A stretch of DNA of 63,797 bases, counting the filler, from Squatina squatina (Eukaryota), in the NCBI GenBank assembly GCA_031763465.1. It is 4 parts of 4 records of this genome, joined end to end, with 100 filler letters (N's around TTAATTAATTAA, not from the genome) between each part and the next. Parts side by side here need not be neighbours in the genome. Positions count along the whole stretch, not along the records: positions 1 to 13,788 come from JARFOE010000219.1; positions 13,889 to 36,089 come from JARFOE010000168.1; 2 more parts are not named here. One strand, given 5' to 3'. A program made the translations under genes and the position numbers. Each line of letters begins with the position of its first letter. The first letter of the stretch is position 1. This document shows positions 12,266 to 25,184 of this stretch, one piece after another. Below the pieces are notes generated by a model, which ran no database searches, had not been told where the DNA came from, and worked only from the letters and a program-made list of their open reading frames with translations.

Positions 12266-13788
12266 GTAATTTCCTCTTGCATTCTAAAGGAAAAAATAAA
12301 ATTCTGTTTTACACTTTGAAATTAATTTATATATTAAAAATATATTTAGGTACAAACTTAAATTGTGAAATCTCTTTTTAACATTGCTTTTTAATCAAAA
12401 AATAGTTTTGCTGGGCTTTTATTATGAGTCAACGGCTTGGAATTTCCTGTGCATTTGCACCCAGAGACACGCACAATCTAGGCACAAATCAAATATGTGG
12501 CCTGCAAGATTGGGTGTAAGTGAGTTTTAAGCACAACTACAATATGGCCAAATCTCCTTGATCTTTCACAATCGTCTATGGATTCCTCTACCCGAACACA
12601 TCTTCCCCCATAATAAAGGCCCACCTTCAGGTTACAGAGCCTTGCACACAAGTTTTCTACGGTTGCACTTGCTCAGAGGCTCTCTTCAAATTATGACCAG
12701 ATATTCATGCGCAGCAGGAAACAAAAGCATTTTTTTGGCGTTTTAGCAAGTTTTCAAGTTTTTTTTTCTTTGAATGGGCTTTTATGGCATAAGTATAAGT
12801 CACATAGAAAATTAAAAAGCTTCCCTATTGCAGGTTCTTAAACATGCTGTGCCTGGTGTGCATGAATGATGGCTAAATGAGTTGAAACCTTAATTTTAAT
12901 ATTTAAGATGAAATATATGGTCTGAGTTTGCTGAATTTGCAGAAAATTTGAGTGTAACTTGNNNNNNNNNNNNNNNNNNNNNNNNNNNNNNNNNNNNNNN
13001 NNNNNNNNNNNNNNNNNNNNNNNNNNNNNNNNNNNNNNNNNNNNNNNNNNNNNNNNNNNNNCCAGAGTTCATTTTGGGAGGATTGACTATGTAACATAGC
13101 ATGAACACAACATAACACACCTGTTTCCAGAGAACAAGGGAGTCTTTAGAAGCAATAGCAATAGCAAAAACTCAGACTCCCATCCCATCAGGTATATTAG
13201 TGGTGGGGGAGGGAAATATTAATTGAATTTGGGCAGCTACAGAACTGCAGTTGTAAAAAGCTACAATACTGCTTTTTAAAAAGTAATTTCCAACCTTTAC
13301 CATTTATATTTTCTTTCAACAGGATAACAAAGATGCTGAAATTCACATCATTTGTGTTATCCATGGTGGCTATGTGTGATGTATTCAACTTATTTCAATA
13401 AAGTCTCTTTATGCATTTGAATGCTATTTTGTTAAAGCAAGTGAAAAAAACATTATATATACTTTATAAATAAAGCAGACAGCACACCAATAGAACGAGC
13501 AATAATGTAAAAAAAAACGGTATTTTCTACTGTAATTACATTGATATTTCTACGCAGGCTTCTAGAATAATCTCTGGATAGTTTTCAAACGTCCATTGTT
13601 CTGATCTGTATTTTTATAATGTCCCCCTTTTCAATCCTCCAGCTTGTTTAATGTCCATTGCCACCTTCTGACAGTATCCTTGAAGGCTCTGTGTATTTAG
13701 CAGTCAACAGGTAGAAAAGTGCTGGAGTGGGAACTAAAGCCAGCAGAGGCAGATCTTGATCCAGTTTATCTAATCTGGAAATTGAGAT

Positions 13789-13888
13789 NNNNNNNNNNNN
13801 NNNNNNNNNNNNNNNNNNNNNNNNNNNNNNNNTTAATTAATTAANNNNNNNNNNNNNNNNNNNNNNNNNNNNNNNNNNNNNNNNNNNN
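13789..13888. other. Artificial scaffold spacer 44N-TTAATTAATTAA-44N
   Basis: The 12-mer at 13833-13844 sits in the centre of an N-run and has stop codons in all six frames. Identical construct at 36090 and 51058. Confidence 0.97.
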
Positions 13889-14756
13889 GTGGCTATTAAG
13901 GTCGAGTCTAACAGGGAATTATAGATAAACACTTTCAGGAGAAATATATTAAAAGGTATAGAAAAAGATCAATGAAACAAGATTAGAGTAGAGAGATCCG
14001 ATGTAAAGCTAGCACAGTGGGTCGAAATAGCTGCCTTGTGTTGAAATTTCAATGATTATTTGATGAAGCAGTGCAGCACTGCACGTTTTATAATGTGATT
14101 TCTAACCTCTGTGTTCGTCCCCTTCAACACTTGCTGGGATGTATGTAATTTCCTACAGTTCCGACCATTTTGAAGTTTGCAAAAGCTTCTCTACATAATC
14201 TTCGGAACCTACTTACAGTTGTATTCTGGATTATCACCAGCCCCGTTTGCCCAAGGCTGTAGTTTGTTTTTGTTTCAAAGGCAAGTGACCCTACATGCAC
14301 ACATCCACTGAAGGAAATTGTGTAAGGCTCCAGTGGTGAAATTAATGTTTCACCCAGCGGAATAACTGAGTGTAAGGATCACAGGGTAGAGGTTGTCTGC
14401 TTGTTGATGTAATGTTAATAGCTGATTTGGCTCGTTTCAGAGGTCAGAACAAATTATATTTTTTGAGGGCTACGTCTTAAGTAATTAAAGGTTCCAAAAA
14501 TGAAGAATCTCCCTGTTTAGCCTTCGACTTGTAAATTATGTTTCGAAGAAATATAACTGGGGACAGCACAGTAACATGGATAATGACACCATTGCCAATC
14601 GTATTGATTTTTTTTCACAGAATAGTGAATGCCACAAAAACTGATCGGACAGTACAATTAATGAACAGGTGAAAATTGATAAACTACTGTCTGTTTGAAG
14701 AATGTAATCTGTTTGGTTTTGTAAGTTGGGCCTTAGAAATACCTACCTAGTGTAAT

Positions 14757-15102
14757 AATCTAGGCTGGCGCTTCAGTGTGGCACTGAATGTGTCATCTTT
14801 TGGATGAGACGTTAAACTGCCCCCTCAAATGGACGTAAAAGATCCCATGGCACTATTTTGAAGAAGAACAGGGGAGTTCTCCCCCAGTGTCCTGGCCAAT
14901 ATTTATCCCTCAATCAACATCACTAAAAACAGATGAGCTGGTCATTATCGCATCGATGTTTGTGGGAGCTTGCTGTGCGCAAATTGGCTGCCGCGTTTCC
15001 TATATTACAACAGTGACTACACTCCAGAAAGTACCCCATTGGCTCTAAAGCGCTTTAGCACTCGGAGGTTGTGAAAGGCGCTATATGAATGCAAGTCTTT
15101 TC
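14757..15102 (+). mobile_element. DeuSINE (SacSINE1-like) SINE, 5'-truncated
   Basis: Same central domain and tail as the copies at 3453 and 18292. Confidence 0.85.
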
Positions 15103-15385
15103 TCAGAGGGTGGTGGATTCAGGCCATAATCACACGGCATTGCCAAGCGCTGTCCCTGGTCACCGAGTCCACCATAGAATGGGGCAGCCTATAATATTTA
15201 ACCCTTCGACACTGGCATAAGGAGCATAAAGTTTAAAAAAAAAATTGGTGGGATAAGTATTGTTGATTTTTTTTTTGTTCATTGANNNNNNNNNNNNNNN
15301 NNNNNNNNNNNNNNNNNNNNNNNNNNNNNNNNNNNNNNNNNNNNNNNNNNNNNNNNNNNNNNNNNNNNNNNNNNNNNNNNNNNNN

Positions 15386-15465
15386 GCCTCATACCATCAT
15401 AGTTTCCTTTATTTAGATTCAGGACCCTAGTCTCAGAATCAACTACATCACTCTCCATCTTACTC
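15386..15465 (-). mobile_element. CR1 LINE ORF2 fragment (endonuclease-RT linker)
   Basis: Translation MESDVVDSETRVLNLNKGNYDGMR. Confidence 0.75.
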
Positions 15466-16583
15466 AAGAATCCGAACTCAATTTCCAGGTCACTGTGTTG
15501 TGCTGTGCATGGTGTTATCGAAAGGTATTTTGTCACATTTCAACTGAATGCAAGCCTCAGACTAGTCTTGTAGACTCGTTCCGAAACCGCAAAGGTAAGT
15601 CAGTTATGGGCTTTCTGAGATACTAGATGATGATCTTATCACTTTACTGCTTCAACATCTGGATGTAACTTTTATTTGGATGAGCCATGTCCAGATGTTT
15701 GTTATCAGTTGTTGCCACTGTTTCATCATTTGCTTGTTTCTGCAGCTGATAATGGAGACAATTCCTGTAAGGCCAACCTTATGGGACCAAGAGATGATCT
15801 TAACTCATCCCCTCACAGATGTTGCATTCAAAACATCTTGAATGATGTGGACCTCCCTGACAGAGTCCTCATAGTTTTGCAGAACACAGACCTTAAGATG
15901 AGAATATGACTCAATTCTAACTCTATTCTTAAAAGAAAATGATTGAAATTGCTGGAATCTATTTGATACTTGAAATCAAATTTTGACAAGAGTTTATTTT
16001 CAACGTTGCCCACCACCACCTGTAACTTAATAAAGTGTTCCTCCCAATGTACAGATTATTTTTATTGTATCAGTTTTAGCTCACATGTCAAACGTTGACC
16101 AAAATTTTAATTTTTGATCTCCTTAATGGTGGGAATTGTGTACGAGATTCAGCTTTAGGAACAAACTGCAGTATTGCTAATGAAACGTTTCAGCTAAAGT
16201 GAGTGGAACCAACTAATGCGGTCTCCCTATCTACGGCAGTATAGCATTCCCCCACAGTCCTCATTCCAAAAACCTCTCAAACAAACTTGCAATCATCCCG
16301 GGAGGTGACTCCATAATGTAATCATACGTTAACAATTTTTACATCAGCATTGTATTTGTAACTTAGAAATATTTTGTGGGAATGTACCCCTAGATTAAAT
16401 GGCATATTCAACATAAAGGTAGTCTTTCAACTGTTCTAACCAACATACATGTCATATAAATAATATTCCATATGGGAGGTATAAGGGAAAGTGGTCAATA
16501 CTGTTGAAATGACAACTTTCTGTAATTTTTTAATTTAGAGATCTCTCATGTTGCTGCTCCCAGTATGTCAAAAGATATATTTT

Positions 16584-16809
16584 GGCCTGGATTTTGCAGT
16601 CAGCAGCAAAGTGATGGCACTCGCTGCTGACCGCAAAGAAAGCTGCCCACGTGATCTAGTGATCTCCGGTACCAATTTCACCTCTCCCAATGTTAATTTG
16701 CATATGACGCCAAGTCTCGGGGATCTCCAACATCCAACAACTGTGATGTCATCAAACTGGCTAAGCAGCCAATCACACTGAAGAATTCTCACAGATAGCA
16801 AACTAGGAA
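16584..16809. mobile_element. Left part of a second copy of the 11140-11896 MITE family
   Basis: GGCCTGGATTTTGCAGTCAGC start, plus internal gatct(a/c)gtgatctc and agaattctca(c/g)a segments shared with 11140-11330. Confidence 0.6.
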
Positions 16810-18291
16810 NNNNNNNNNNNNNNNNNNNNNNNNNNNNNNNNNNNNNNNNNNNNNNNNNNNNNNNNNNNNNNNNNNNNNNNNNNNNNNNNNNNNNNNNNNN
16901 NNNNNNNNNATGGCTAACCCAAGTTACGTTGGTGAGATCTGCATCGCTCTGTGAGGTCCCACGCCATTACCCACCAGGGATGGCAGTTAGAAAAGAAAGT
17001 ATACTTGTGGGTGGCCGGGGATTACAGGCGGTAATCAAACCTGGAGGCTCATATGACGAGTAAACCACTAAGGCTCAATATAAAATATATGGTTTGGAAC
17101 TGGAGTAGTAAGAAATACAATTGTAACCTCTCGATTGGATTACTGCTAAGCAACCCATCCAGTATTCCCTGTTTTGGTAATCGGCGAGGAATGCTTCTTA
17201 CAGTCATCTCTCCCCAAAGGCTTGTTTCTCTCTTTCTCAAAAGAAACATCATTTTCTGATTTAGTATTTGCTTTAGATATATAAGTTGCCACGCAAATGC
17301 ATGTTGCTATGCATGTTAGCAATAGAGCCAAGAAAGGGACAGGCATAATGGGCCAAATGGCCTCCTTCAGTGCTGTATGATTTTATGATTCTAGGAAAAG
17401 TTTTGACAGGGATGCGGTGTGATATTTGTTGGCAAATGTAAGTTAATGGCCAAGGTCCATTGTGGGAGGCACCATCAAATTTGAAAAGAGTAGGACAGAA
17501 GCAAAGATAAAGCAAGGGTTAGGTGACACCAAGATTGATTCGTAAGTTGTACGCGGAAGGGGAGACTGAATGGTTTGGAGTTTGAAGGTCCTGAGAATGC
17601 GTTGAGTAGAAGAATGAGCACAGCGTCCTAATTTCATCACAGGGAGGAGGGAAGGGAGAGCAGTGAGATGGAAGGCGGTGCATTTTGAACTGTGGAGGAA
17701 GAAGAAAAGTTCAATGGAGCATTGACCGAATTGGTAAAGTAGGAAGAGGGTTTGCAGTGAGAGAGCATGTAACCGCATGATGAGAGAAGGATCACCCATT
17801 AAATATTGAGGATTGTTTCTTGCCAGAAGTATGAAAAAGGTACAAAGAAAAGCCTTCCCAGACATGGGAAAAATATTTAAGTCCTGGGCAGATGTACAGA
17901 GAGTCGAGAGTTGTTGAGATGAAGTCGTCCTTGGCATGATGGAGGAAACTGAGCTTCTTGAAAGCAGTTTTTGCAATGGAAGAGATGTGGGATTTCTATT
18001 TGAGACAGAGACCATAAAGAGCCCAAAAGTGTCAAGCGATGGAGAGCAGCAGCTCCTGTAGTGATTGAATCCATGTGGAGAACATGTTGTACAGCCTCAG
18101 TCCTTCTTCCTGGCCAGCTGTGTAGACCTCAATATGTCGAGGCACATTTAATATGTGGCCCTAATAAAAAAATATCAAAATTGTATCAATAGCTAATAAT
18201 GCGTAGCTCTGAGTGATTGCAAGGAGCTGTTGTAAACAGTGTCTTCAGATAATGCCATAAAGATTTAATTGAGAGCCGTTCAGCAGAATGC

Positions 18292-18745
18292 AAGAAAGAA
18301 AGAAAGACTTGCATTTATATAGCGCCTTTCACGACCACTGGACATCTCAAAGCGCCAATGAAGTACTTTTGGAGTGTAGTCACTGTTGTAATGTGGGAAA
18401 TACAGCAGCCAAATTGCGCACAGCAAACTCCCACAAACAGCAATGTGATAATGACCAGATAATCTATTTTTGTTATGTTGGTTGAGGGATAAATATTGGC
18501 CAGGACACCGGGGATAACTCACTTGCTCTTCTTCGAAATAGTGGCCGTGTGACCTTTTATGTCCACCCGAGAGGACAGACAGACTTGGTTTAACATTTCA
18601 TCCGAAAGACTGCACCTCCGACAGTGCGGCACTCCCTCAACACTGCACTGGGAGTGTCAGCTGAGATTTATGTGCTCAAGTCTCTGGAGTGGGACTTGAA
18701 CCTTCTGACTGAGGCAAGTGTGCTACCCTCTGAGCCACAGCTGAC
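18292..18745 (-). mobile_element. Near full-length tRNA-derived DeuSINE (SacSINE1-like)
   Basis: The minus strand begins with Pol III box A (TGGCTCAGAGGG) and box B (GGTTCAAGTCC), then a conserved central domain and an L2-like tail ending (tctt)n. At least four other copies are in the window. Confidence 0.85.
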
Positions 18746-20069
18746 AAGCCAAGTTTATGTAACTTGTCCTTGTAATTTAACCCTTTAAACCCCAGGATTA
18801 TTCTGTTGTATCATTATGTTGCCTCCAGTGGGAATATTCCAAAGAGCCTGATGCAAAAGCAGTTACTACATTACCACGCCAACTGGAGTGTTTATTGAAT
18901 ATGACACCACCCGTTACTTCTCATGCCTGTAAAACACTCTTCTGGACACTGTTTTCAACTGGAACATTGTATGTAGATGGTTAAACACAGGAGTTAATCA
19001 TTGTTTACAGAACAAGGGTTGCTGCGTCATGCATTTGGGTTTGAAGAAAATTTGCTGGCATTGGATTGGTATCACAGTACAATTTCTTTGCATCTTGCTG
19101 TGCTCCCAGTGACCGCCACTTACAACATTTAGATGCCTCTGCCCTTATTTCAGTCATGCAGACCTTGCAGCATGTTGTGCCGTCTATTGTACACGAAAAC
19201 AATTCTCTCTTTTCAGTAAGTGTGTAGGACCTCAATAAATCAAAAAAGAATTGTGGTTATGTTTCGTAAAAAAATAATAGTGGCCCCCAGTTTCTCTTTA
19301 TTTTTTGCCTTCTGTTGCCATGCGACCTTATGGTGCTGTAATATTACCAATTTAATCCTGAATTTATGCCAGCGTTGTCATATTTTTGGCATCAGGTTGG
19401 TAATAGTGCACCACAGTGGACTGCTGTGTTTGAAGTGAGCCTTCTCCTGAGAGTCGGGTTCCTTCCAGACTACAGGAAAATGGCAGGCCAAGCCCACCTT
19501 GGCATTGTCCAGCATGGCAGCTCAAGTTGGCGCAGCAGTCCAGGNNNNNNNNNNNNNNNNNNNNNNNNNNNNNNNNNNNNNNNNNNNNNNNNNNNNNNNN
19601 NNNNNNNNNNNNNNNNNNNNNNNNNNNNNNNNNNNNNNNNNNNNGAGGCGAGACAATGTAATGACCACTAAAGATTTAAGCATATGGTGGTGCTTAAATC
19701 CCCAGGGAGGTTGTGTTAAACTTGGAAAGGTAAGATATTTTCAGCCAAATAACAGGATTGAAGGAGTGGAAGTAGCCTGCTGATGAAATATTTCAATAAG
19801 CGGGGCAAGTCCTGACACAAAAGCTATTTAAAATGCTGAAGAAATTAAATTAAGCTTAGTAAAGTGTTAACCTGGGGGTTTGGATTCCTGCTTCCTTTTA
19901 AGCAAAATAAATTATTGGGACGTGCAATTTTTATAATTTGCTGTTTTCTTTTTACATACGCATGAAATCCCAGGGAGTAGGGCGATGGGGAGAGAGCAGG
20001 GGAGTGGGAGTAATTGGATAGCTCTTTCCGAGAGCCAGCACAGGCACAATGGGCCAAATCCCTTCAACT

Positions 20070-20437
20070 GACAGCTGTGACTCAGTGGGTTGCACTCTCA
20101 TCTGAGTCAGAAAGCTGCAGGTTTGAGTCCCGCTTGAGCACAGAAATCGAGGCTGACACTTCAGTGCAGTCACTGGGCTTTCGGATAAGACGTTAAACCG
20201 AGGACATGACTGCCCTCTCGAGTGGTACTCTTTNNNNNNNNNNNNNNNNNNNNNNNNNNNNNNNNNNNNNNNNNNNNNNNNNNNNNNNNNNNNNNNNNNN
20301 NNNNNNNNNNNNNNNNNNNNNNNNNNNNNNNNNCCCTACATTAAAACAGTGACTACACTTCAAAAATGCTTTGTTGGTTGTAAATGTCTTTGGGATGTCC
20401 TGAGTTCTTGGAAGGCGCTATAGAAATACAAGCCTTT
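20070..20437 (+). mobile_element. DeuSINE (SacSINE1-like) SINE split by a gap
   Basis: Head (tgtgactcagtggg...ggtttgagtccc) before gap 20234-20333 and tail (cagtgactacacttc...aggcgctatagaaatacaag) after it. Confidence 0.75.
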
Positions 20438-21530
20438 TTATTTATTGTCTGCATCAATAATATACACCTTTAAACAAATATAAAGGCCCATGACACTGTC
20501 AAATATAGTTTCAGAACAGCCTGATCCTGCTTTTTGTTTTCAAGGCTGAGTTGGCCGAAAATAACCCCCAATGTGCAATTGTGGCCATTAAGCGAAGGGA
20601 GTTTTTATTTTAAACATTACACATTGGTGAGGAGAGCAGTCGTAGCCTTCAAACATTCCAGAAAGTTCTGCTGATTTCTGTTACAGTCAAAAAGAACATT
20701 TCTTCCTGTATAAAAATAAATTCTCCTCAAAACCCAGAACTAACTGTGATAAATTTTGTTTTTTGTAAATATAAATTATATTAAAATGATAGTCAACTCA
20801 AAATTTGTTTTTGCAAAAATTTGCATTTTGGCAAAATAATCCAGTTTGTAATGAGGCCTGCTTGACACTTCAAATGTTACGCATTATTTATGAATACATA
20901 TTTAATTCGCAACTGTGATTGTTTATTGAACTCCATGACGACGGGGTGCGTGGAACATACTGTCCAGTCCAAGGTTTAAAATAAATGAAAAATAAATAAA
21001 TTTATCACTTCAACATTGAATTCTAATGTGTTGGGAGTCCAGTCGACTTGCTAATCATTTTGGACTGCTGTTGGTTTTCAAAGTTGTCCCATTCTCCTTT
21101 CGGCCATATCCCACGGGTACAGCAAACTGGCAAAGCATTCCCCCTCACGTTGTACTACTGGCAGCAGCCAGTCTCCAGCTTCTCGTATCAAGATCAGATT
21201 GTTCCGATTAGACCAGGGGGAAAAACCATGTCTTGCTCAATGTTCCCCGTAATCTTTTTGCAGCTGTTTAACGGGCTGCTCGGCCTATTCAGAATTTCGC
21301 GCATGCGCTAAGCTGCCTCCACGCGACCTCGAGGCAGTTTAGCCGGAGCTCTGGCTGCCCCTTTTTTGATGGAGAGTGGGCAGGTTTGGTTTGTTATGTT
21401 TTCCTGTAAACACTCGTGAAAGGACGTGCCAGGGAAACATTTAAACTGTTGAGGTATCTTGGCAAAAGGGTGGTTGTGCAGTATGGTGTGTTGGAGCATC
21501 AGAGAGTTGTGTCACTGAGTGAAAGAAATG

Positions 21531-21700
21531 CAACAACTTGCATTTATATAGCGTCTTTAACATAGTAAAACATCCCAAAGGCATTTCACAGGAGCAATTA
21601 ATAAACAAAATTTAGCACGAACCATGTAAGAAGATATTAGGACAGGTGACCAAAAGCTTGGTCAAAGGGTTAGGTTTTAATCAGCGTCTTAAAGGAGGAG
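21531..21700 (-). mobile_element. L2-clade LINE 3' end
   Basis: Reverse complement of the 5320-5497 L2 tail (caacaacttgcatttatatagcg...gaccaaaagcttggtcaaag). Confidence 0.8.
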
Positions 21701-22290
21701 NNNNNNNNNNNNNNNNNNNNNNNNNNNNNNNNNNNNNNNNNNNNNNNNNNNNNNNNNNNNNNNNNNNNNNNNNNNNNNNNNNNNNNNNNNNNNNNNNNNN
21801 NNNNNNNNNNNNNNNNNNNNNNNNNNNNNNNNNNNNNNNNNNNNNNNNNNNNNNNNNNNNNNNNNNNNNNNNNNNNNNNNNNNNNNNNNNNNNNNNNNNN
21901 NNNNNNNNNNNNNNNNNNNNNNNNNNNNNNNNNNNNNNNNNNNNNNNNNNNNNNNNNNNNNNNNNNNNNNNNNNNNNNNNNNNNNNNNNNNNNNNNNNNN
22001 NNNNNNNNNNNNNNNNNNNNNNNNNNNNNNNNNNNNNNNNNNNNNNNNNNNNNNNNNNNNNNNNNNNNNNNNNNNNNNNNNNNNNNNNNNNNNNNNNNNN
22101 NNNNNNNNNNNNNNNNNNNNNNNNNNNNNNNNNNNNNNNNNNNNNNNNNNNNNNNNNNNNNNNNNNNNNNNNNNNNNNNNNNNNNNNNNNNNNNNNNNNN
22201 NNNNNNNNNNNNNNNNNNNNNNNNNNNNNNNNNNNNNNNNNNNNNNNNNNNNNNNNNNNNNNNNNNNNNNNNNNNNNNNNNNNNNNNNNN

Positions 22291-22383
22291 CCAAAGTATT
22301 TGTTCAATTGGTCTGCCATTTCTTTGTTCCCCATTATAAATTCCCCTGTTTCTGACTGTAAGGGACCCACATTAATCTTCACT
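22291..22383 (-). mobile_element. CR1 LINE ORF2 fragment
   Basis: Translation KINVGPLQSETGEFIMGNKEMADQLNKYF. Confidence 0.8.
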
Positions 22384-22487
22384 CCGTAATAAACTACACA
22401 CCAAATCTAAGGATTATAGGCTGAGGCTGCCTGGATGTCTTTTTAAACTTTTGTGCATTGTGCCTGATTTAAAGGGTCGAAAACAAG

Positions 22488-22596
22488 ACAGAAGCAGAAT
22501 ACTGCGGAGGCTGGGAAACTGAAATGAAAGCTGAAAAATTGCTGGAAAAGACTCGGCAGGTCAGGTAGCATCTTTGGAGAGAGAAACAGAGTTAAG
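22488..22596. mobile_element. Short interspersed terminal repeat, probably from a Penelope-like element
   Basis: gctggaaaagactcggcaggtcaggtagcatctttggagagagaaacagagttaa. Related copies at 31660, 47001, 60643 and 63300. Confidence 0.55.
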
Positions 22597-22678
22597 CTAC
22601 TTTCACCTTTCCTAACCGTGTCTATTAAAGTTCAGAGAGTTATAATCGATGGTCAGCATCAACACTGTTGCTCATGGA

Positions 22679-22812
22679 CTTTTTTTTATTCGTTCCTGGG
22701 ATGTGGGTGTCGCTGGCGAGGCCGGCATTTATTGGCCATCTCTAATTGCCCCTGGAGAAGGTGGTGGTGAGCCACCTTCTTGAACCGCTGCAGTCCATGT
22801 GGTGAAGGTACT
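22679..22812 (-). mobile_element. 3' end of a second non-LTR retrotransposon family (CR1/Crack-like)
   Basis: Reverse complement of 35930-36065. Further pieces at 28184-28239 and 49381-49470. Confidence 0.75.
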
Positions 22813-23484
22813 CTGAGCACAGCTAAAAAATACACAAAAGATTTAATAGAGTGCTATCTTGCACAGTGCAAAAACAAAAAAAAATGCATCTATGTGTCTC
22901 ATGCCAGTGGGATACAAGATTGGTGGAAGCTACACTTGATAGTGATCAAATAGCTGATGAATCTACCATAGCTGTTCAAAATTGACACCAGAAAGAAGAG
23001 CTTCAACCGCTCTCCGCCAGATCAATTTATACAGTCCGAGCAAAAAAGATACCCAGATCTCTACAGTATCTGTTGCTAGCATTTTTCAAATAACTCCGGT
23101 AGATGCTGAATTTCGCCACTTGAACGAGCCAAGTTCCTTTGGTTCAAAGCTTTTTGATCCAGTAAGTGAGACCCTTGCAAAATTGTATGGATGATGAATT
23201 GATCAGGAAGGTCCAGATGGTTGGAGACCTCTTAAATATGATTTGAAGGGGTGACGAGCATCATTTTTATGGCTCTCACAAGATCACTTTGACTCGAGTT
23301 ATCTGCACAATCATCTCCACTATCGATGTACAAGTGATATAACGGCTGGATGATGATGGTAACATCTGGACACATTAAAACTGTTACAGTTAAAACATTG
23401 CCCATTTCCTGCCTCCAGGGTAGAAAGTATAGCAAGACCGTAGCTCTTTTCCTGTGTCCTTTTTAACATTTTTTATTAAAGTTC

Positions 23485-23675
23485 AGCAGCTCTGGAATCC
23501 TTTCCCTAAACCTCTCCACTTCTCTCACTTCCTCTAAGTTGCTCCTTAAAACCTACCTCTTTCCTGTCCTAATATCTCCTGATGCGGCCCAGTGTCAAAT
23601 TTTGTTTGACACCTTTGTGAAGTGCCTTGGGACGTTTTACTACATTAAAGGTGTGATATCAATGCAAGTTGTTTG
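23485..23675 (+). mobile_element. L2-clade LINE 3' end
   Basis: ctctggaatcctttccctaaacctctcc...ctccttaaaacctacctctt...gccttgggacgttttactacattaaagg, matching 5273-5480. Confidence 0.8.
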
Positions 23676-24649
23676 AGCCATTTTCTCCAGTCGAGGTAGA
23701 CTACAGGTTGGCCAGTGCATGCAGATACCTGGAGAGTTCCCTACATTTTAGATGCATTACCGATTGATGAGTGATAGATTGGGGTCACTTCTCAATGGGT
23801 TAGGTTGAGCAGGGAAGGTGGGTCGGGGCAAAGCGCTTACTGGACACTGCATGTGGGCCTGATAGTCCATAGGTTCTTGAGCTTGACCAAAGTACCCGGG
23901 TTATCTTTCCATTTCTGTGCTTTCAGAATTAGTATTTATTATGTTGGAAGATCTTATCTTACCTCTGCGCGATTGGAGCCTGCATTACACAGGAATGCAA
24001 TCAAAGTCAACGTGTTTGNNNNNNNNNNNNNNNNNNNNNNNNNNNNNNNNNNNNNNNNNNNNNNNNNNNNNNNNNNNNNNNNNNNNNNNNNNNNNNNNNN
24101 NNNNNNNNNNNNNNNNNNATTTTCTTAAGTACATATTTAATTTGTTACTATGCTAACATTTCACGGGGAGTTTTACTGAAACTTCCCTCCCAAAGGTTAT
24201 TTGCTGAGAAATTGGAAAAGGAATTCCAACTTGTACTAATTCCAATTATTGGGATAGTTTTGTTAACGGACCAGACACATAATCTAAAACAGACTGTGCA
24301 GAAAGTTAGAGACTTCTGAGAGAGCTTTATAACATGTGGATACGTAGGAAGAGTTACTAAAGGTGATCAGGAGTATTTGTACCTCCCAGACTCAGTGTTC
24401 TCTTTCAGTTTGCAGAAATGATCGATCCAGGATCTCAGGGTTCAGGGAAACAAGAGACATGAGATAGCAGGAAAAGAATACAGTGACTACTTTGTAACAG
24501 AAATTGAGAATCGCTTTTATGTTAAAACTAGATCTGAAGGATTGGAAAAATTCAGTCACTTGGATACATGAATGGGCAGGAGTGCAAACACCCCCTCGTA
24601 AGGCGGATGTTACGCCATCAGATCAGATCACTCGCCCTCGCACCTATGA

Positions 24650-24840
24650 ATCATAAACACAATTAAAAGTATAACCTTGAAATTAGAGCTAGACCATTCA
24701 GGGGTGATGTCAGGAAGCACATTTTCACACAAAGGGTCGTAGAAATCTGGAACTTTCTCCCCAAAAAGCTATTGAGGCTAGCGGTCAATTGAAAATGTCA
24801 AACTGAGATTGATAGATTATTTGACAGGCAAGGATATTAA
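24650..24840 (+). mobile_element. CR1 LINE 3' region, interrupted by a MITE at 24841
   Basis: Encodes RPFRGDVRKHIFTQRVVEIWNFLPQK, the CR1 ORF2 C-terminus. Confidence 0.75.
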
Positions 24841-25046
24841 GGGGCCCCATTGGTGTGCCTTCACGCCTAGGTAACGCCAATCAGCGGCGCTACCCGGGCG
24901 TAATGGCAGCATGGAGTCAAAAACTGATAAAATGCAGTATTGGGCCTGGCGCCCCGGCGGCGTATAGGCCTCGTTGCCAGGGACACCATTGGTGCTGGGA
25001 TTGGATGCACGACGCCATAATATCGCGCACCGACCCCTCTCTGCCT
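24841..25046. mobile_element. Left end of GC-rich MITE
   Basis: TAA|GGGGCCCCATTGG start, closely complementary to the right end CCAATTGGGGGCCC|TAA at 46642-46658. Confidence 0.55.
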
Positions 25047-25184
25047 NNNNNNNNNNNNNNNNNNNNNNNNNNNNNNNNNNNNNNNNNNNNNNNNNNNNNN
25101 NNNNNNNNNNNNNNNNNNNNNNNNNNNNNNNNNNNNNNNNNNNNNNATGGCAAACAACTTTTATGGGGACTTTGGGGTAACTTA

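Noticed and set aside
18660-18745. tRNA-like box A and box B sequence
   Set aside because: It is the head of a SINE, continuous with the SINE body, and does not form a full cloverleaf.
19005-19235. Cys-rich 76-aa minus-strand ORF
   Set aside because: No recognisable Cys spacing, signal peptide or splice context.
488-22303. CR1 pieces at 1-500 and 22291-22383 overlap by CCAAAGTATTTGT, as if one split element
   Set aside because: They lie on different linker-separated pieces and belong to a high-copy family, so coincidence is sufficient.
21646-22389. Long ORFs of 200-324 aa here and at 41739-42779
   Set aside because: They consist almost entirely of N-gap translation.
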